A stretch of 63,535 nucleotides of DNA, counting the filler, from Chiloscyllium plagiosum (Eukaryota): NCBI RefSeq assembly GCF_004010195.1. It is 6 parts of one record of this genome, joined end to end, with 100 filler letters (N's around TTAATTAATTAA, not from the genome) between each part and the next. Parts side by side here need not be neighbours in the genome. Positions count along the whole stretch, not along the records: positions 59,980 to 63,535 come from NC_057717.1; 5 more parts are not named here. One strand, 5' to 3'. Of this stretch, positions 61,742-63,535 are shown piece by piece. A program made the position numbers and the translations under genes. Under the pieces are notes generated by a model, which was not told where the DNA came from, did no database searches, and was given only the letters and a program-made list of their open reading frames with translations. How positions within the stretch are numbered: position 1 is the stretch's first letter; each line of letters starts with the position of its first letter.

Positions 61742-62499
61742 ACGTACAATAACCTTGATAATTAACAGTCATGAATTAATGAGTCAGTGACAGAATGAAG
61801 GTGAAAATGGCTCTGAGACAAAAAGGGCTGCGGCCAGTGACTGAGGAGACCTAAGTGGAGTACATTAATATCTCCCAGTCACGAGTATTCAGCCATCACT
61901 GTTTCTGACAAACGGAATGAAATGTAACACAGAGCAAGATAACAGATGACATTTGTTACATGGAATGCTGAACAACAACTGAATAGAACAGACAATTTTA
62001 AATGTGATGTGCAGAATTATATCATATATACAGACTGTTGAATCAGAGGTTATACAGGTGGTTCAGATTGTTTAGATCTGAACGGGATATTCAGAAATAA
62101 AAGCAGACACAGACAACAAAATATGTTGGGTTACTGTGAGTGACAGCAGAGTAACAATGAGGATACAGCTCATACCGAGCTGGTCCAAGAATGATGGGCT
62201 GCATGCAATCATCCTTGCTGAAACTATTCAGAGAAATGTAGTGAAAATGTTCAGAGACTGAGGAGACAAGTTTCGACATAAAAAGCGCAGACAATGTCAT
62301 AATTAATAAACTATTCCTATTTGTCCCTCAAGTGTAGCTGTCTCTAAAAGGCCCTTTACAGAAAAAAAAAACTTTGATGAGATCTGCGCATTTATTTTCA
62401 GAACTTAAAGAAGAAGCATACTCCAGTGTAAGACATGTGTCACTGGCACAAGTGATGTGAACAGGAATGAAGCATATTGTCCAAACATAACCGGGGTCA

Positions 62500-62740
62500 A
62501 CATCCAGACCAATAAAGAAAAAGCAAAATATTGGAGACAGTGGAAATCTGAAATACAAATGCAAAATGATGGACAAATGCAACAGGGATCTGGGCAGAGG
62601 CACATGGTTATGGTATCAAGTCTTAGATGAACCTATTCTGAACAAGTGATGTTGGACTCAAAAAGAGCTAATTCAATTTTTCTCTGCTCCGATACTACCT
62701 GAACTGCTGGGTTTCTATCCAGCAATGTCAATTGTTGCAA
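62500..62740. mobile_element. Decayed inverted-repeat Penelope pseudo-LTR element
   Basis: gcaaaatattggagacagtggaaatctgaaat... / ...ctccgatactacctgaactgctggg arms with an eroded ttctga..ggactc core. Confidence 0.5.
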
Positions 62741-62749
62741 TGGCAGGAG

Positions 62750-63010
62750 ATAGAGAGTAATTGTGGGCAGTTGCTTTTTGGACTGGATGCTTGTGCCAAG
62801 CAGTGTTTCTCAGAGGTTGGTTCTGGGTTTTCATTGTCATTTATATAAATGATTCGTGTGAGAATATCGAAGGCATGGTTTGTAAGTTTGCGGATGACAC
62901 CAAAATTGGTGACATAGTGGACAGTGAAGAAGGGTTTCTAAGAATACACAAAGATCTTGATGAAATGCGTCAATAGACTGACAAATAGCAGATAGAGTTG
63001 AAGATGGATG
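62750..63010 (+). mobile_element. CR1 RT fragment
   Basis: IYINDSCENIEGMVCKFADDTKIGDIVDSEEG. Confidence 0.85.
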
Positions 63011-63535
63011 AATATGAGGGTCAGGCAATAATGTGTGTTTGCTGCTGTCTGATGCACGAGGAATGGGATGATTTTAATCCTCATCCCCTGGGTTCAAAAC
63101 ATCGATATCCTTCATGATATAAGAGAGGCCTTACCCTTTTGTTGTTAATGTAGTTGCACAGCGTTTTTGGTTTATCCTTAACCTTATCTGCCCATGCTAT
63201 CTCATATCTCCTTCTTGCTTTCCTGTTTTGTCTCGAAATAATGCCATACACTCTTTATATTGACTAAGAGATTAAATTGAATAAAGTTGTCCATATCTAA
63301 AGTAAGGTTTTCTTTGATTCTTGAATAAAACCTCAGTAACTGTACTCATTGCTCCTTAATCTTACAGCATTACCCTTCACTCTAGCTGGAACATAGTGCC
63401 TCACAACTCCCGTCTTCAGACTGTTGAACGACTCCCACTTGTCAGACATCGTTTTACCTGCTAACAGTCGACTCCAATCAAAAGTGATAGCTCCTTGTCC
63501 CATGCCATTAACATTTATGGTGCTCCAATTAAATA

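Overview
Eukaryotic, repeat-dominated DNA, almost certainly from a shark or ray (inferred from HE1-type V-SINEs, CR1, Rex1/Babar and Penelope-like families). The assembly is fragmented: six plain N gaps plus five artificial N44-TTAATTAATTAA-N44 linkers, so adjacency across gaps is unreliable. Most of the window is decayed transposable elements: CR1 LINEs (one fairly young copy with an open SGNH ORF1 and endonuclease), a second CR1/L2-clade LINE, Rex1/Babar LINEs, Penelope-like elements with hammerhead-ribozyme-type terminal repeats, Gmr1-order Gypsy LTR fragments, two SINE families and PIF/Harbinger relics. The only host-gene sequence I can support is a minus-strand first coding exon of a GPR139/GPR142-like GPCR (~4906-5188), with a glycosylated heptad-repeat N-terminus; its second exon is not visible here. 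An old segmental duplication (~5.3-9.5 kb vs ~25.8-28.7 kb) and a near-identical 2 kb duplication (39.7-41.7 vs 42.4-44.4 kb) are present. I find no convincing wholly new biological system. The best leads are the GPCR exon, an intact-looking minimal hammerhead ribozyme at ~60.02 kb, and a conserved candidate 5'-UTR exon in the duplicated block. All family assignments come from motif recognition by eye, not database searches, and boundaries are approximate.
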